Origin: a virus
Taxonomy: Duplodnaviria; Caudoviricetes
Length of the DNA stretch: 60,673 bases
Direction: 5' to 3' (one strand)
Virus record (IMG/VR): IMGVR_UViG_3300036985_000346
Location: 1-60,673 of that record
The first letter of the stretch is position 1. Every line of letters starts with the position of its first letter. Made by a program: the position numbers and the translations under genes. Shown here in pieces: positions 7,977-15,835 of the stretch. The notes below the pieces were generated by a model. The model did no database searches. It saw only the letters and a list, made by a program, of their open reading frames with translations, and was not told where the DNA came from.

Positions 7977-9200
7977 TCACCATTTCTTTACATTTGGCAA
8001 TGGAGTGAATGTTGCAGGTTTCGTGATGGCCGATCGTCTCACGCCTTCGCAAGCGTAACGCAGGGCATCGATCACGTGGTTTTTCTTGTCTTCGAGCACC
8101 GGCAATATTTTGCCAGTCAGTGGGTCTTGCTTGTAACTGTACAGCGTCAGCTCGTCAATGGTGTGGATGCATCGAGGGTGCACCACGATGTCGTAGTTCT
8201 TCAGGAACTCGATGCCTTCCTCGACCGACTTCGGACCCTTGACCGCTGTCATGATCTTTGGAAAGCCATTCTTTTTCATGTGGCTGATCGTCTCTGGCCT
8301 TGCTGAGTCGGCCACGATTGGCCACTTCTCGGCCTCGGGCACCTGCATGAACAGCTCGGGTGTGTTGACGATCTCGCAGCCGACCATGTAGGCCTCGTAG
8401 TCGATGTAGAGCGTGCGGCCAATGATATGGCAGCGCACCAGCGTGGTCGGATCGACCGCAAAGCCCCAGTCTGCACCGAGCCTGTGGATTGCGTCTGGTG
8501 GTGCCTCAAAGTCCTCGACGCGCCAGTTCTTGAACACTCGGGTGTTGCTGTTTGTGAGGTAGCTTCCCATCCAGACATGTTGGTATTTGTCTGGGTCGCG
8601 CCTCTTGTCGTACTCCATCTCATCGCGCAGGACTTGTGGAAACCAAGGGTTGTCGGTGAAATTGACCTTCAGGACTTGCGCGTCCTTTGGTGGTGTTGGA
8701 CCGCGCAGCAGGAAATCGACTGGGTCATTTTGCTGGCGCGGGTTCCATGTAAACCACAGCTCGGACTCGGGCTTGCGAATAGTTGGCCGCAGCAGGTCGA
8801 GACTGGTCTGGCTCAGGCTTTGAGCCTCCTCCACCCAAGCGCAGTCATAACCTTCGAGCGACTTGATTGAGTCGGCTGTGTGGTTTTGCATACCTTGGAA
8901 GATGATCATGCCATCGCCCTTCTTGGACTTGATCACGGCCTCCTGCACCTCGAAGTAAGCGCCAGCGTTCATTTGCTCGATTTTCATTTCGAGCAGGCGC
9001 TTGACGGACTGGTTGAGCGACTTCTGGATTTCACGCACGCAAACGCTTCTGCGCTTCTGGTCCATGATGTGGGCCTCGATCATCAGCTCGGCAAACATGT
9101 GGGACTTGCCAGAGCCTCGGCCACCCCAAGCGCCTTTGTATCGGCTCGGCTCCAGCAGTGGCAATGCCCACTCAGGTGTTGGAAGTTGCAGAACTGTCAT
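7977..9200 (-). CDS. terL: Terminase large subunit (PBSX/Terminase_3 type)
   Basis: Walker A GGRGSGKS, WVEEA Walker B, nuclease GADWGF and NHVIDALRY. Confidence 0.95.
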   Translation of the reverse strand: MTVLQLPTPEWALPLLEPSRYKGAWGGRGSGKSHMFAELMIEAHIMDQKRRSVCVREIQKSLNQSVKRLLEMKIEQMNAGAYFEVQEAVIKSKKGDGMIIFQGMQNHTADSIKSLEGYDCAWVEEAQSLSQTSLDLLRPTIRKPESELWFTWNPRQQNDPVDFLLRGPTPPKDAQVLKVNFTDNPWFPQVLRDEMEYDKRRDPDKYQHVWMGSYLTNSNTRVFKNWRVEDFEAPPDAIHRLGADWGFAVDPTTLVRCHIIGRTLYIDYEAYMVGCEIVNTPELFMQVPEAEKWPIVADSARPETISHMKKNGFPKIMTAVKGPKSVEEGIEFLKNYDIVVHPRCIHTIDELTLYSYKQDPLTGKILPVLEDKKNHVIDALRYACEGVRRSAITKPATFTPLPNVKKW

Positions 9201-9649
9201 GCTTTGACGACCACGCGCTCAATTCTTTGCACCAGGGGATTGGCAGGATCGCCAGAGACTTCGATCTTGTCGCCAAACTTCTTTGGGGCCAGTTTGGACA
9301 AAAGCCATTTGCGGGTGTCGACTTGCAGTCTGTGCTTTTGCACTGCCGCCCAGTCTTTCTTGCCATCAACTGCCACGCCAACGTCTTGATCACTGATCTC
9401 CATGATCTCTGTGGCCATGCGTTCGATCAGGTCTTCCCTCGCGCGCGCGTAATTCTCCGCAAGCGTAGCATCATCATCCACCCACCGTGAGAAGGTGCTT
9501 TGAGGAACACCAGCTGCTTGACATGCTTTGAATGCGCTCAGACCGTTTCGCATGCCATCGAGCACCATCTGGCTGATCACGGCTCGGTCTTCACTGCCAG
9601 GCTTAGTTCGCTTGGTTGGAGCTTTTGCTTTGTGTGATTTTGTGGTCAT
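9197..9649 (-). CDS. terS: Terminase small subunit
   Basis: N-terminal HTH, YARAR, RLQVDTRKWLLSKLAPKKFGD; overlaps terL start. Confidence 0.9.
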   Translation of the reverse strand: MTTKSHKAKAPTKRTKPGSEDRAVISQMVLDGMRNGLSAFKACQAAGVPQSTFSRWVDDDATLAENYARAREDLIERMATEIMEISDQDVGVAVDGKKDWAAVQKHRLQVDTRKWLLSKLAPKKFGDKIEVSGDPANPLVQRIERVVVKA

Positions 9650-9828
9650 GCTGCATTGTCCTTCATGTTTTCAATTCGCGCCAGCTTCATGGCATCTTTT
9701 AAATCCATCCTGAGTTGCTCGTTTGCGGCCTGCTCATCTTGAAGTCGGATGTAGACCTCGGTTGCAAACTTGGCCAGCGTGTCATGTTGCCATGTTGTGA
9801 AGTTTGGGGTTTCTCGTTTGTTGTTCAT
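9646..9828 (-). CDS. Hypothetical protein (60 aa)
   Basis: Coupled to terS; conserved at 41772-41954. Confidence 0.7.
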   Translation of the reverse strand: MNNKRETPNFTTWQHDTLAKFATEVYIRLQDEQAANEQLRMDLKDAMKLARIENMKDNAA

Positions 9829-9849
9829 GTTAGTACTTGCTCACCTTTC

Positions 9850-10000
9850 TGTGGATAACTTTTCTCTGGAAACTTTCCGCATCGATGCCCCCCTGTCCCC
9901 CTCACCCTAAAGGGTGTGAGGGGAGGGGAGGGGGCTTTTCGAGCGTTTTGCCCCCTAACCCTGATTTGCCCCCTAGGGGGATTCAGGGGGCTGAGGGGAT
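9850..10000. promoter_or_regulatory. Putative replication origin A: DnaA box plus CCCCCT/AGGGG(G) iterons around a CACCCT-AA-AGGGTG palindrome
   Basis: TGTGGATAA at 9850-9858; clustered direct and inverted repeats directly after the primase-helicase stop. Confidence 0.65.
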
Positions 10001-12016
10001 TCATTCTTGGCCACCTTTTCGCATCATCATGGCACTCGATTGCACATCGTCGATCACCAACCAGCCGTGTTCAAGTGGGCTGATGATCTCGGACAGGATG
10101 AGTGCTCCGATCAATTTTTCTGGGTAGGCTGCGCTCAGATCGTTCTCGATCGTGCGTGGTTTTCTGCCATCAGCTGCCAGCTTGTCTTTGAGTGCCGATC
10201 TACTGATATAGGGTAAACCCTCGCGTATTTCAGCGCCTGTGCCCCACCATGCGTTCTCGAATGTTTTGCGGTGTGCGTCCAGTTTCGACTCTTTTTTCGG
10301 GGTTGTTGGTGCTTCAGCTTGGACGATCACAGCACTTGTGACCTGCTGGTTGTCTTCATCGCGCCAGCCTGGAATGGCCACTTGTTGCAACTCAACGTGG
10401 ATGGTCTCGGCCAGTTCTGCGTCTTTGGACTTGCGCTGCACGATCTGCATGGGAACGCCTTCTTTGCCTGGCACGATGCTGATCTCGATGTCCAGAGCAC
10501 CTCGCCATGCGCTTGAGCCTCGCGCCCTGTGCTGGGCTTCCTCGGCCACGCCTGTGTGGTGCACCAAGATCACCGAGCAGTTGAATTCCTGCATGAGTGC
10601 GTTGCATGCGTCTAGCATGGTCTTTGCATCTTGAGCGCTGTTTTCGTCTCCGGCCAAGAATCTGTGCAGGGTGTCGACCACGATCACGCTGGGTCTGTCT
10701 TTCAGCATCCTGACTTGCTCGACCACTTTGAGGTAGCCGGTCGGGGTGTTAAGGTCGCAACCATCTTTGGACAGCCACATGGCCAGCTTGCCTGCTTTGT
10801 GGTGGTGCTTCCATGCTGCCACCCTGCCGCGCAGACCGTGATGGCCTTCACCTGCCAGATAGACCACATTGCCTTGGCGCACTTTGTGGCCTGCCCAGTC
10901 CTCGGTTCCGCTGGCCATGCGCAGGCACCAGTCGAGCACCACGAATGTTTTGCCGCCACCGCTTGGGCCGTGGACCATTACCAGTGCTTGCGATTGAATC
11001 CATCGCTTGACGAGCCAGCTGATGGGGCTGGGCTGTGCGCAGAAGTCATCGGCTGGGATGAGCCAGTCGTCTGCCGGTGGCATCAGCAGGCCTGCCAGAT
11101 CGTGGCCAGCCTGTGCATAATCGTTGGCATCACCGAGGATCGGAGGCATCACCATGCGTGCGCCATATTTGGCACTAGCCTGCTCTGCGTAGCGTTGGCC
11201 AACACCGCTTTGGTCATGGTCTGCGACGATCACGATGTCTTGAGTTGCTCCATACATTTCCCTGAGTGTGCCAGTTACCGGCACCAGATTGCTGGCGCTG
11301 TAGGCCACCACGACTGGCCTGTCGGTGGTTTCATGGATTGTGGCTGCCGTTGCGAAGCCTTCGGCCACGAACAGCGTGCCAGGCTCATCTAGTGAGCCTA
11401 CCATCCAGAACTTGCCGCCTGTTTGACCGCCTGGGTGATAGAGCTTGCCGCCTTCGTGGTCGATGTATTGCAAGGTGGCCAGAGTTCCGTCTTCATCGTA
11501 GAGTGGCAGCACCAGTCGACCGTCTCCTGTGATTCGTGCGCCATGCGTTTGAATGCCCTTCTTGGCCAAGTATGGATGCTCGGCATTTGCTGGGTTGGCC
11601 GTTGTCCATATTTTCTCGACGGTCTCGCTGGCCACTTGATGCTGGCGCTCGATGGCTGCATCTCGCAGGGCTTTGGCCTCGGCCAGTCGCTTGGCGTGTG
11701 ACATTTCCTCGGTCTGCGTGAGTTTTCTTCCTACGTCTGCACGCCATGTCACTTCCATGCCTGCTCGCCAGCATCCGAATCGACCTGCTGGGATGCCATC
11801 ACCAAACACCAGATACCAGCCTGGCTTGTCACCGTGGCCAGGTGCGCCTTTGGTGCCTGACTTGAATCTGTGAATCTTGCCATCCATCAGGATTTCCTCT
11901 GGTGGCTGGAGGCCTGCCGCACGCATTGCGTCGATGAGCTGTGCCTCTGGTGGTGCGACGAGTTTTTCTGGTGGTGGAGCCCAAGGACCACCGAGCACTT
12001 TGGAGAGGTCAGCCAT
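10001..12016 (-). CDS. Primase-helicase (TOPRIM + RecA-like AAA_25 domain + C-terminal putative origin-binding domain)
   Basis: VAEGFATA and IVADHD TOPRIM motifs; GPSGGGKT Walker A; VVDTL; ILVHHTG; RGSSA. Confidence 0.85.
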   Translation of the reverse strand: MADLSKVLGGPWAPPPEKLVAPPEAQLIDAMRAAGLQPPEEILMDGKIHRFKSGTKGAPGHGDKPGWYLVFGDGIPAGRFGCWRAGMEVTWRADVGRKLTQTEEMSHAKRLAEAKALRDAAIERQHQVASETVEKIWTTANPANAEHPYLAKKGIQTHGARITGDGRLVLPLYDEDGTLATLQYIDHEGGKLYHPGGQTGGKFWMVGSLDEPGTLFVAEGFATAATIHETTDRPVVVAYSASNLVPVTGTLREMYGATQDIVIVADHDQSGVGQRYAEQASAKYGARMVMPPILGDANDYAQAGHDLAGLLMPPADDWLIPADDFCAQPSPISWLVKRWIQSQALVMVHGPSGGGKTFVVLDWCLRMASGTEDWAGHKVRQGNVVYLAGEGHHGLRGRVAAWKHHHKAGKLAMWLSKDGCDLNTPTGYLKVVEQVRMLKDRPSVIVVDTLHRFLAGDENSAQDAKTMLDACNALMQEFNCSVILVHHTGVAEEAQHRARGSSAWRGALDIEISIVPGKEGVPMQIVQRKSKDAELAETIHVELQQVAIPGWRDEDNQQVTSAVIVQAEAPTTPKKESKLDAHRKTFENAWWGTGAEIREGLPYISRSALKDKLAADGRKPRTIENDLSAAYPEKLIGALILSEIISPLEHGWLVIDDVQSSAMMMRKGGQE

Positions 12017-12194
12017 GCGTCACCTTGCGGCTTTCCAAGTAGTTGGACAGCGCCAGCAGGACTTTGTGGGTTGGATTTGCGTTGGGGTTGTCGCGCACTT
12101 GGCGAATGGTGTTGTAGTGCACGCCAGTGGCTTCTGCCACCTTGACAGGCATTCGGTCGGAGAGCGCGTCTCGTATCTGCTCTAGGGTCATCAT
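12009..12194 (-). CDS. Cro-like HTH regulator (61 aa)
   Basis: VKVAEATGVHYNTIRQV HTH pattern; first gene of leftward unit. Confidence 0.75.
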   Translation of the reverse strand: MMTLEQIRDALSDRMPVKVAEATGVHYNTIRQVRDNPNANPTHKVLLALSNYLESRKVTHG

Positions 12195-12268
12195 GTTTTT
12201 TTCCTTTGTTGAAAATATTTATTGCGATGTGTGGATATTACACTAAAAAATGGTTTATAGTTGCGTCA

Positions 12269-12297
12269 CACCTCGAACTGATTCCCAGACGGAGGTG
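12269..12297 (+). promoter_or_regulatory. Conserved leader hairpin upstream of AAA ATPase
   Basis: CACCUC...GAGGUG with inner CUG/CAG; identical at 44439-44467 although the upstream flank differs. Confidence 0.45.
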
Positions 12298-12316
12298 CAA
12301 AAAATAGGAGAGCCAA

Positions 12317-12994
12317 ATGGCTATCAATTTGAAATCGACCGGCAGTTTGTCTGCCAATGGAGTGAAGTTGTTGGTGTACGGCCAAGCCGGTGCTGGTAAA
12401 ACCACGCTAGTCAAGACCCTGCCCAATGTGATCGTTCTTAGTGCCGAGGGTGGCCTGTTGTCCATTCAGGACGCTGACCTGCCTTACATCGAGATCGCCT
12501 CGATGGACGACTTGCGCGAGGCCTTCACATGGGCCAGAGACAGCAAGGAGGCCGCAGGCTTTCAGTCGGTGGCGCTTGACTCGATCAGCGAAGTTGCTGA
12601 AGTGGTCTTGTCCCATGAGATGAAGAAGTCCAAGGATGGCCGCGCAGCTTATGGCGAGATGAACAGCACTATGCAGGAGTTGATTCGCGCCTTCCGCGAT
12701 CTGCCAGGCAAGCATGTCTACATGTCGGCCAAGCTGGAGAAGTCCACCGACGAGATGGGCAAGATGCTCTACAACCCAGGCATGCCTGGCAAGAGCCTGA
12801 CACAAGGCCTGCCTTACTTCTTTGATGAAGTGCTGGCGCTGCGTGTTGAGCGTGATGCCGATGGTGTGACCCAGCGTGCGCTGATGTGCGACTCTGATGG
12901 CCTTTGGTTGGCCAAGGATCGTTCTGGCAAGTTGGAGGCTTGGGAAGCGCCTGATCTGGGTGCAATCATTGCCAAGATCGGAGGCAAAGCATGA
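12317..12994 (+). CDS. AAA_24 / Sak4-like ATPase recombinase
   Basis: LVYGQAGAGKT, VALDSISE, AKDRSG; upstream of SSB and exonuclease. Confidence 0.8.
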   Translation: MAINLKSTGSLSANGVKLLVYGQAGAGKTTLVKTLPNVIVLSAEGGLLSIQDADLPYIEIASMDDLREAFTWARDSKEAAGFQSVALDSISEVAEVVLSHEMKKSKDGRAAYGEMNSTMQELIRAFRDLPGKHVYMSAKLEKSTDEMGKMLYNPGMPGKSLTQGLPYFFDEVLALRVERDADGVTQRALMCDSDGLWLAKDRSGKLEAWEAPDLGAIIAKIGGKA

Positions 12995-13395
12995 CCGCCA
13001 AGGTATTGCCTAATGACATGAATGAGCTGGCCACTATGTGGCTGGCTGCTAAGAAGCAGGAAGAAGATGCGACAGCGGATCGACGCGATATTGAGGACCA
13101 CATCAAGAAGCTGGCAACTATTGCCGAAAACCTTGAAGGCACAGAGACCGTCGAGCCTGGTCGATTCGAGATCAAGATCGTTGGCCGCATCGACCGCAAA
13201 GTCGACGGAGACAAGGTGCAAGAGCTTGCCGCTGAGTTCGGTCTGACCGATCACTTGGCCAAGCTGTTTCGCTGGAAGCCTGAGATCAACATGGCCATCT
13301 GGAAGGCAGCAGATGAGTCCATTACCAAACCGCTTTCCGGTGCAATCACGGCCAAGCCTGGCCGCCCATCTTTCAAAATTATCCCCAAGGAGTAA
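12991..13395 (+). CDS. Conserved hypothetical protein (134 aa)
   Basis: ATGA-coupled; near-identical at 45161-45565. Confidence 0.75.
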   Translation: MTAKVLPNDMNELATMWLAAKKQEEDATADRRDIEDHIKKLATIAENLEGTETVEPGRFEIKIVGRIDRKVDGDKVQELAAEFGLTDHLAKLFRWKPEINMAIWKAADESITKPLSGAITAKPGRPSFKIIPKE

Positions 13396-13398
13396 ATC

Positions 13399-13893
13399 AT
13401 GGCTTTTTTAAACGAAGAATTCAACGTCAACGAACTGCCCCAAGGCAATGGCAACTTTGAGCCTCTGCCTGCTGGCTGGTACACCGCCACCATCTCTCAG
13501 TCTGAGTTGAAGGCAACCAAGGCTGGCAATGGTCAGTACATCAAGTTGCGTTATGACATCACTGGCCCGAGCCACCAAGGTCGTGTGGTGTTTGGCAATC
13601 TGAACATCAAGAACGCAAACCCCAAGGCCGAGGAGATTGGTCGCCAGCAGCTGGGAGACATCATGCGTGCGATTGGCTTGGCCAAGGTCACCGACACCGA
13701 TCAGTTGATTGGTGGCCAGATCGCCATCAAGCTGGAGGTCAAAGAGGACGCGCAGTACGGTGCAAGCAACGAGGTCAAGGGCTTCAAGTCTGTGTCGGGT
13801 AGCGTAGCGCCAGCTGCGTCCATTCCTCAAGGCCAAAGCAATCCAGCTCCTGTCGCATCTGCCAAGGCCGCACCACCTTGGGCTAAGAAGTAA
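13399..13893 (+). CDS. Putative ssDNA-binding protein (DUF669-like)
   Basis: FEPLPAGWY, NEVKGF, flexible tail ending PPWAKK. Confidence 0.75.
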   Translation: MAFLNEEFNVNELPQGNGNFEPLPAGWYTATISQSELKATKAGNGQYIKLRYDITGPSHQGRVVFGNLNIKNANPKAEEIGRQQLGDIMRAIGLAKVTDTDQLIGGQIAIKLEVKEDAQYGASNEVKGFKSVSGSVAPAASIPQGQSNPAPVASAKAAPPWAKK

Positions 13894-13942
13894 GAAAAGA
13901 AAAGCCCAGGCCGGTTAGGAACCCCCGACCCGAAGCCTGGGC
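13894..13942. terminator. Hairpin after SSB gene (possible minus-strand terminator)
   Basis: GCCCAGGC...GCCTGGGC preceded by an A-run; analogous hairpin at 46080-46107. Confidence 0.45.
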
Positions 13943-13971
13943 ATAAAGTAGCAACTACAAAGGAGAACCCC

Positions 13972-14997
13972 ATGAAGATTCCCGAGTCAGAGCATAACAT
14001 TCAGTCGTTGATTGACAAGCACCATGAGGCCATTGCCGAGGTGCCTCGCCCACACCTTGGAGCCAGTACCCTTGGCCATGTGTGTGATCGGTGGCTGTGG
14101 CTGTCTTTCCGCTGGGCTGTGCAGCCGAGTTTCCCTGGTCGAATCCTGCGCCTGTTTAGGCGTGGCCACCAAGAGGAGGCCAACATCATTAGCGACCTGC
14201 GTGCCATTGGCATCGATGTTCGAAAGGTGTCTGCCCAGCACCGTGTGGACTTTGGCAGCCATGTGTCTGGCAGCATTGATGCGATCATCGACAAGGGTGT
14301 GCCAGATGCGCCCAAGTCCAAGCACATTGCCGAGTTCAAGACGGCATCCAAAAAAGCATTTGATGATCTGGAGAAGAATGGCGTGGAGAAGTCCAAGCCT
14401 GAGCACTTTGTGCAGATGCAGGTCTACATGGCTGGCACTGGCATCGATCGTGCGCTGTACTTGACTGTCTGCAAAGATGACGACCGCATCCACACCGAGC
14501 GCGTGAAGTTCGACAAGGATGTGGCAGGCAAGGCTATTGCTCGCGGCCAGCGCATTGCTTTGAGTGACCGCATGCCTGAGCCGATCAGCTCAGATGCGAG
14601 CTGGTATCAGTGCAAGTTCTGCGATGCGCATGAGTTCTGCCACCAGTCCAAGACCACCAAGCATGTGAACTGCCGCACCTGCGCTTTGGCCACAGCGATG
14701 CCTGACTCGACTTGGCACTGCGCCAAGTGGGATGCTGAGATTCCTTTGGATTCGCAGCGCACTGGTTGCGAGTCGCATGTCTTGCATCCCGATCTGGTGC
14801 CTTGGCAGCGCAAGGATGGGCCTGACGAGTTCACCGCTGTGTATGAGATCAATGGCGTGAATCTGGCCAATGGCGATCCTGAACAGGAAGGCGTTTGGGG
14901 TAGCAAGGAGTTGCTGGCCAATTCCAATGCCTGCGCCAGCGGTGATCCTTTGATTGCCGAGATGCGCAAGGACTTTGGTGGAAGGATTGTGGGATGA
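13972..14997 (+). CDS. PD-(D/E)xK exonuclease, Cas4/AddB-like with putative Fe-S cysteines
   Basis: GHVCDR, GSIDAI, AEFKT, QMQVYM, CKFCDAHEFC. Confidence 0.8.
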   Translation: MKIPESEHNIQSLIDKHHEAIAEVPRPHLGASTLGHVCDRWLWLSFRWAVQPSFPGRILRLFRRGHQEEANIISDLRAIGIDVRKVSAQHRVDFGSHVSGSIDAIIDKGVPDAPKSKHIAEFKTASKKAFDDLEKNGVEKSKPEHFVQMQVYMAGTGIDRALYLTVCKDDDRIHTERVKFDKDVAGKAIARGQRIALSDRMPEPISSDASWYQCKFCDAHEFCHQSKTTKHVNCRTCALATAMPDSTWHCAKWDAEIPLDSQRTGCESHVLHPDLVPWQRKDGPDEFTAVYEINGVNLANGDPEQEGVWGSKELLANSNACASGDPLIAEMRKDFGGRIVG

Positions 14998-15835
14998 ACA
15001 AACAAGGAGAATTGAATGAGCTGGCTTTATTCGCAGGCGCTGGTGGAGGAATACTTGGGGGACATTTGCTCGGATGGCGAACCGTCTGTGCAGTCGAATG
15101 GGAACCCTACGCAGCTTGCGTACTTGTCGCCAGACAAAATGACGGAGTTCTCCCGCCTTTCCCGATTTGGGATGATGTTCAAACCTTTGACGGACAACCG
15201 TGGCGAGGAATTGTTGACGTTGTTTCGGGAGGCTTTCCCTGTACGGACATTTCCATCGCAGGCCGAGGCGCAGGACTCGATGGAGAGCAGTCCTCAATGT
15301 GGTACCACATGGCGAGGGTGGTTAGCGAAGTTCGACCCAGATTCGTATTCGTGGAAAACAGCCCAATGCTCATTCATCGAGGACTCGGACGAGTCCTTGG
15401 CGACCTTTCCAGTCTCGGGTATGACACGCGATGGACTGTTATGGGAGCAGTCGATGTTGGCGCACCGCATCAAAGGGACAGAGCGTGGATTGTGGCGCAC
15501 GCCAGACACGGGGGGGGGGGGACCTCTGGCCTACTCAAACAAGGCCAGAATCATCGAAAGAATGGCCAGCCCATCCAGATCAGATTGGTGGACCAAGTGA
15601 ACAATCCAAGGCTGTGGCCAACACCAGTGGCCAGAATGCACAAAGACGGTGGAAATCCATCGGAGTACAAGAGGAACGAAATCCCCCTAGCGGCACAGGC
15701 TGGTGGGCCTCTGAACCCAACGTGGGTCGAGTGGCTGATGGGGTGGCCGCAAGAGTGGACCGACTTAAAGCCATTGGCAACGGACAAGTTCCAAAAGTGG
15801 CAGCAACAGTCTGGAGACTTTTAAATGCTCCGTGA
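14994..15835 (+). CDS. DNA cytosine-C5 methyltransferase, large polypeptide; frameshifted at G12 as assembled
   Basis: Motifs I (LFAGAGG), IV (GGFPC), VI (ENS), VIII (HQRDR) upstream of the tract; motif X-like RLKAIGNGQVP in another frame ending 15835. Confidence 0.8.
15016..15824 (+). CDS. Overprinted +1-frame methyltransferase polypeptide (motif IX carrier); frameshifted at G12
   Basis: MSWLYSQALVEEYL ORF with AGGAG upstream; one extra G joins it to LWPTP...LNPTWVEWLMGWP; same frame pairing kept in the B relic. Confidence 0.65.
15510..15521 (+). repeat. G12 homopolymer
   Basis: Twelve consecutive G; the longest homopolymer I noticed in the window. Confidence 0.95.

Noticed and set aside
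9912-9934. G-quadruplex motif GGG-TGTGA-GGGG-A-GGGG-A-GGGGG
   Set aside because: The equivalent origin in B has no such motif; better explained as G-rich iterons
13972-14997. Cas4-like nuclease as evidence of a CRISPR system
   Set aside because: No repeat-spacer array or other cas genes seen; it sits in a Sak4-SSB recombination module
14994-15824. Treating the 276-aa ORF as a complete methyltransferase
   Set aside because: It lacks motif X, which lies in another frame; the B relic shows the opposite frame pairing
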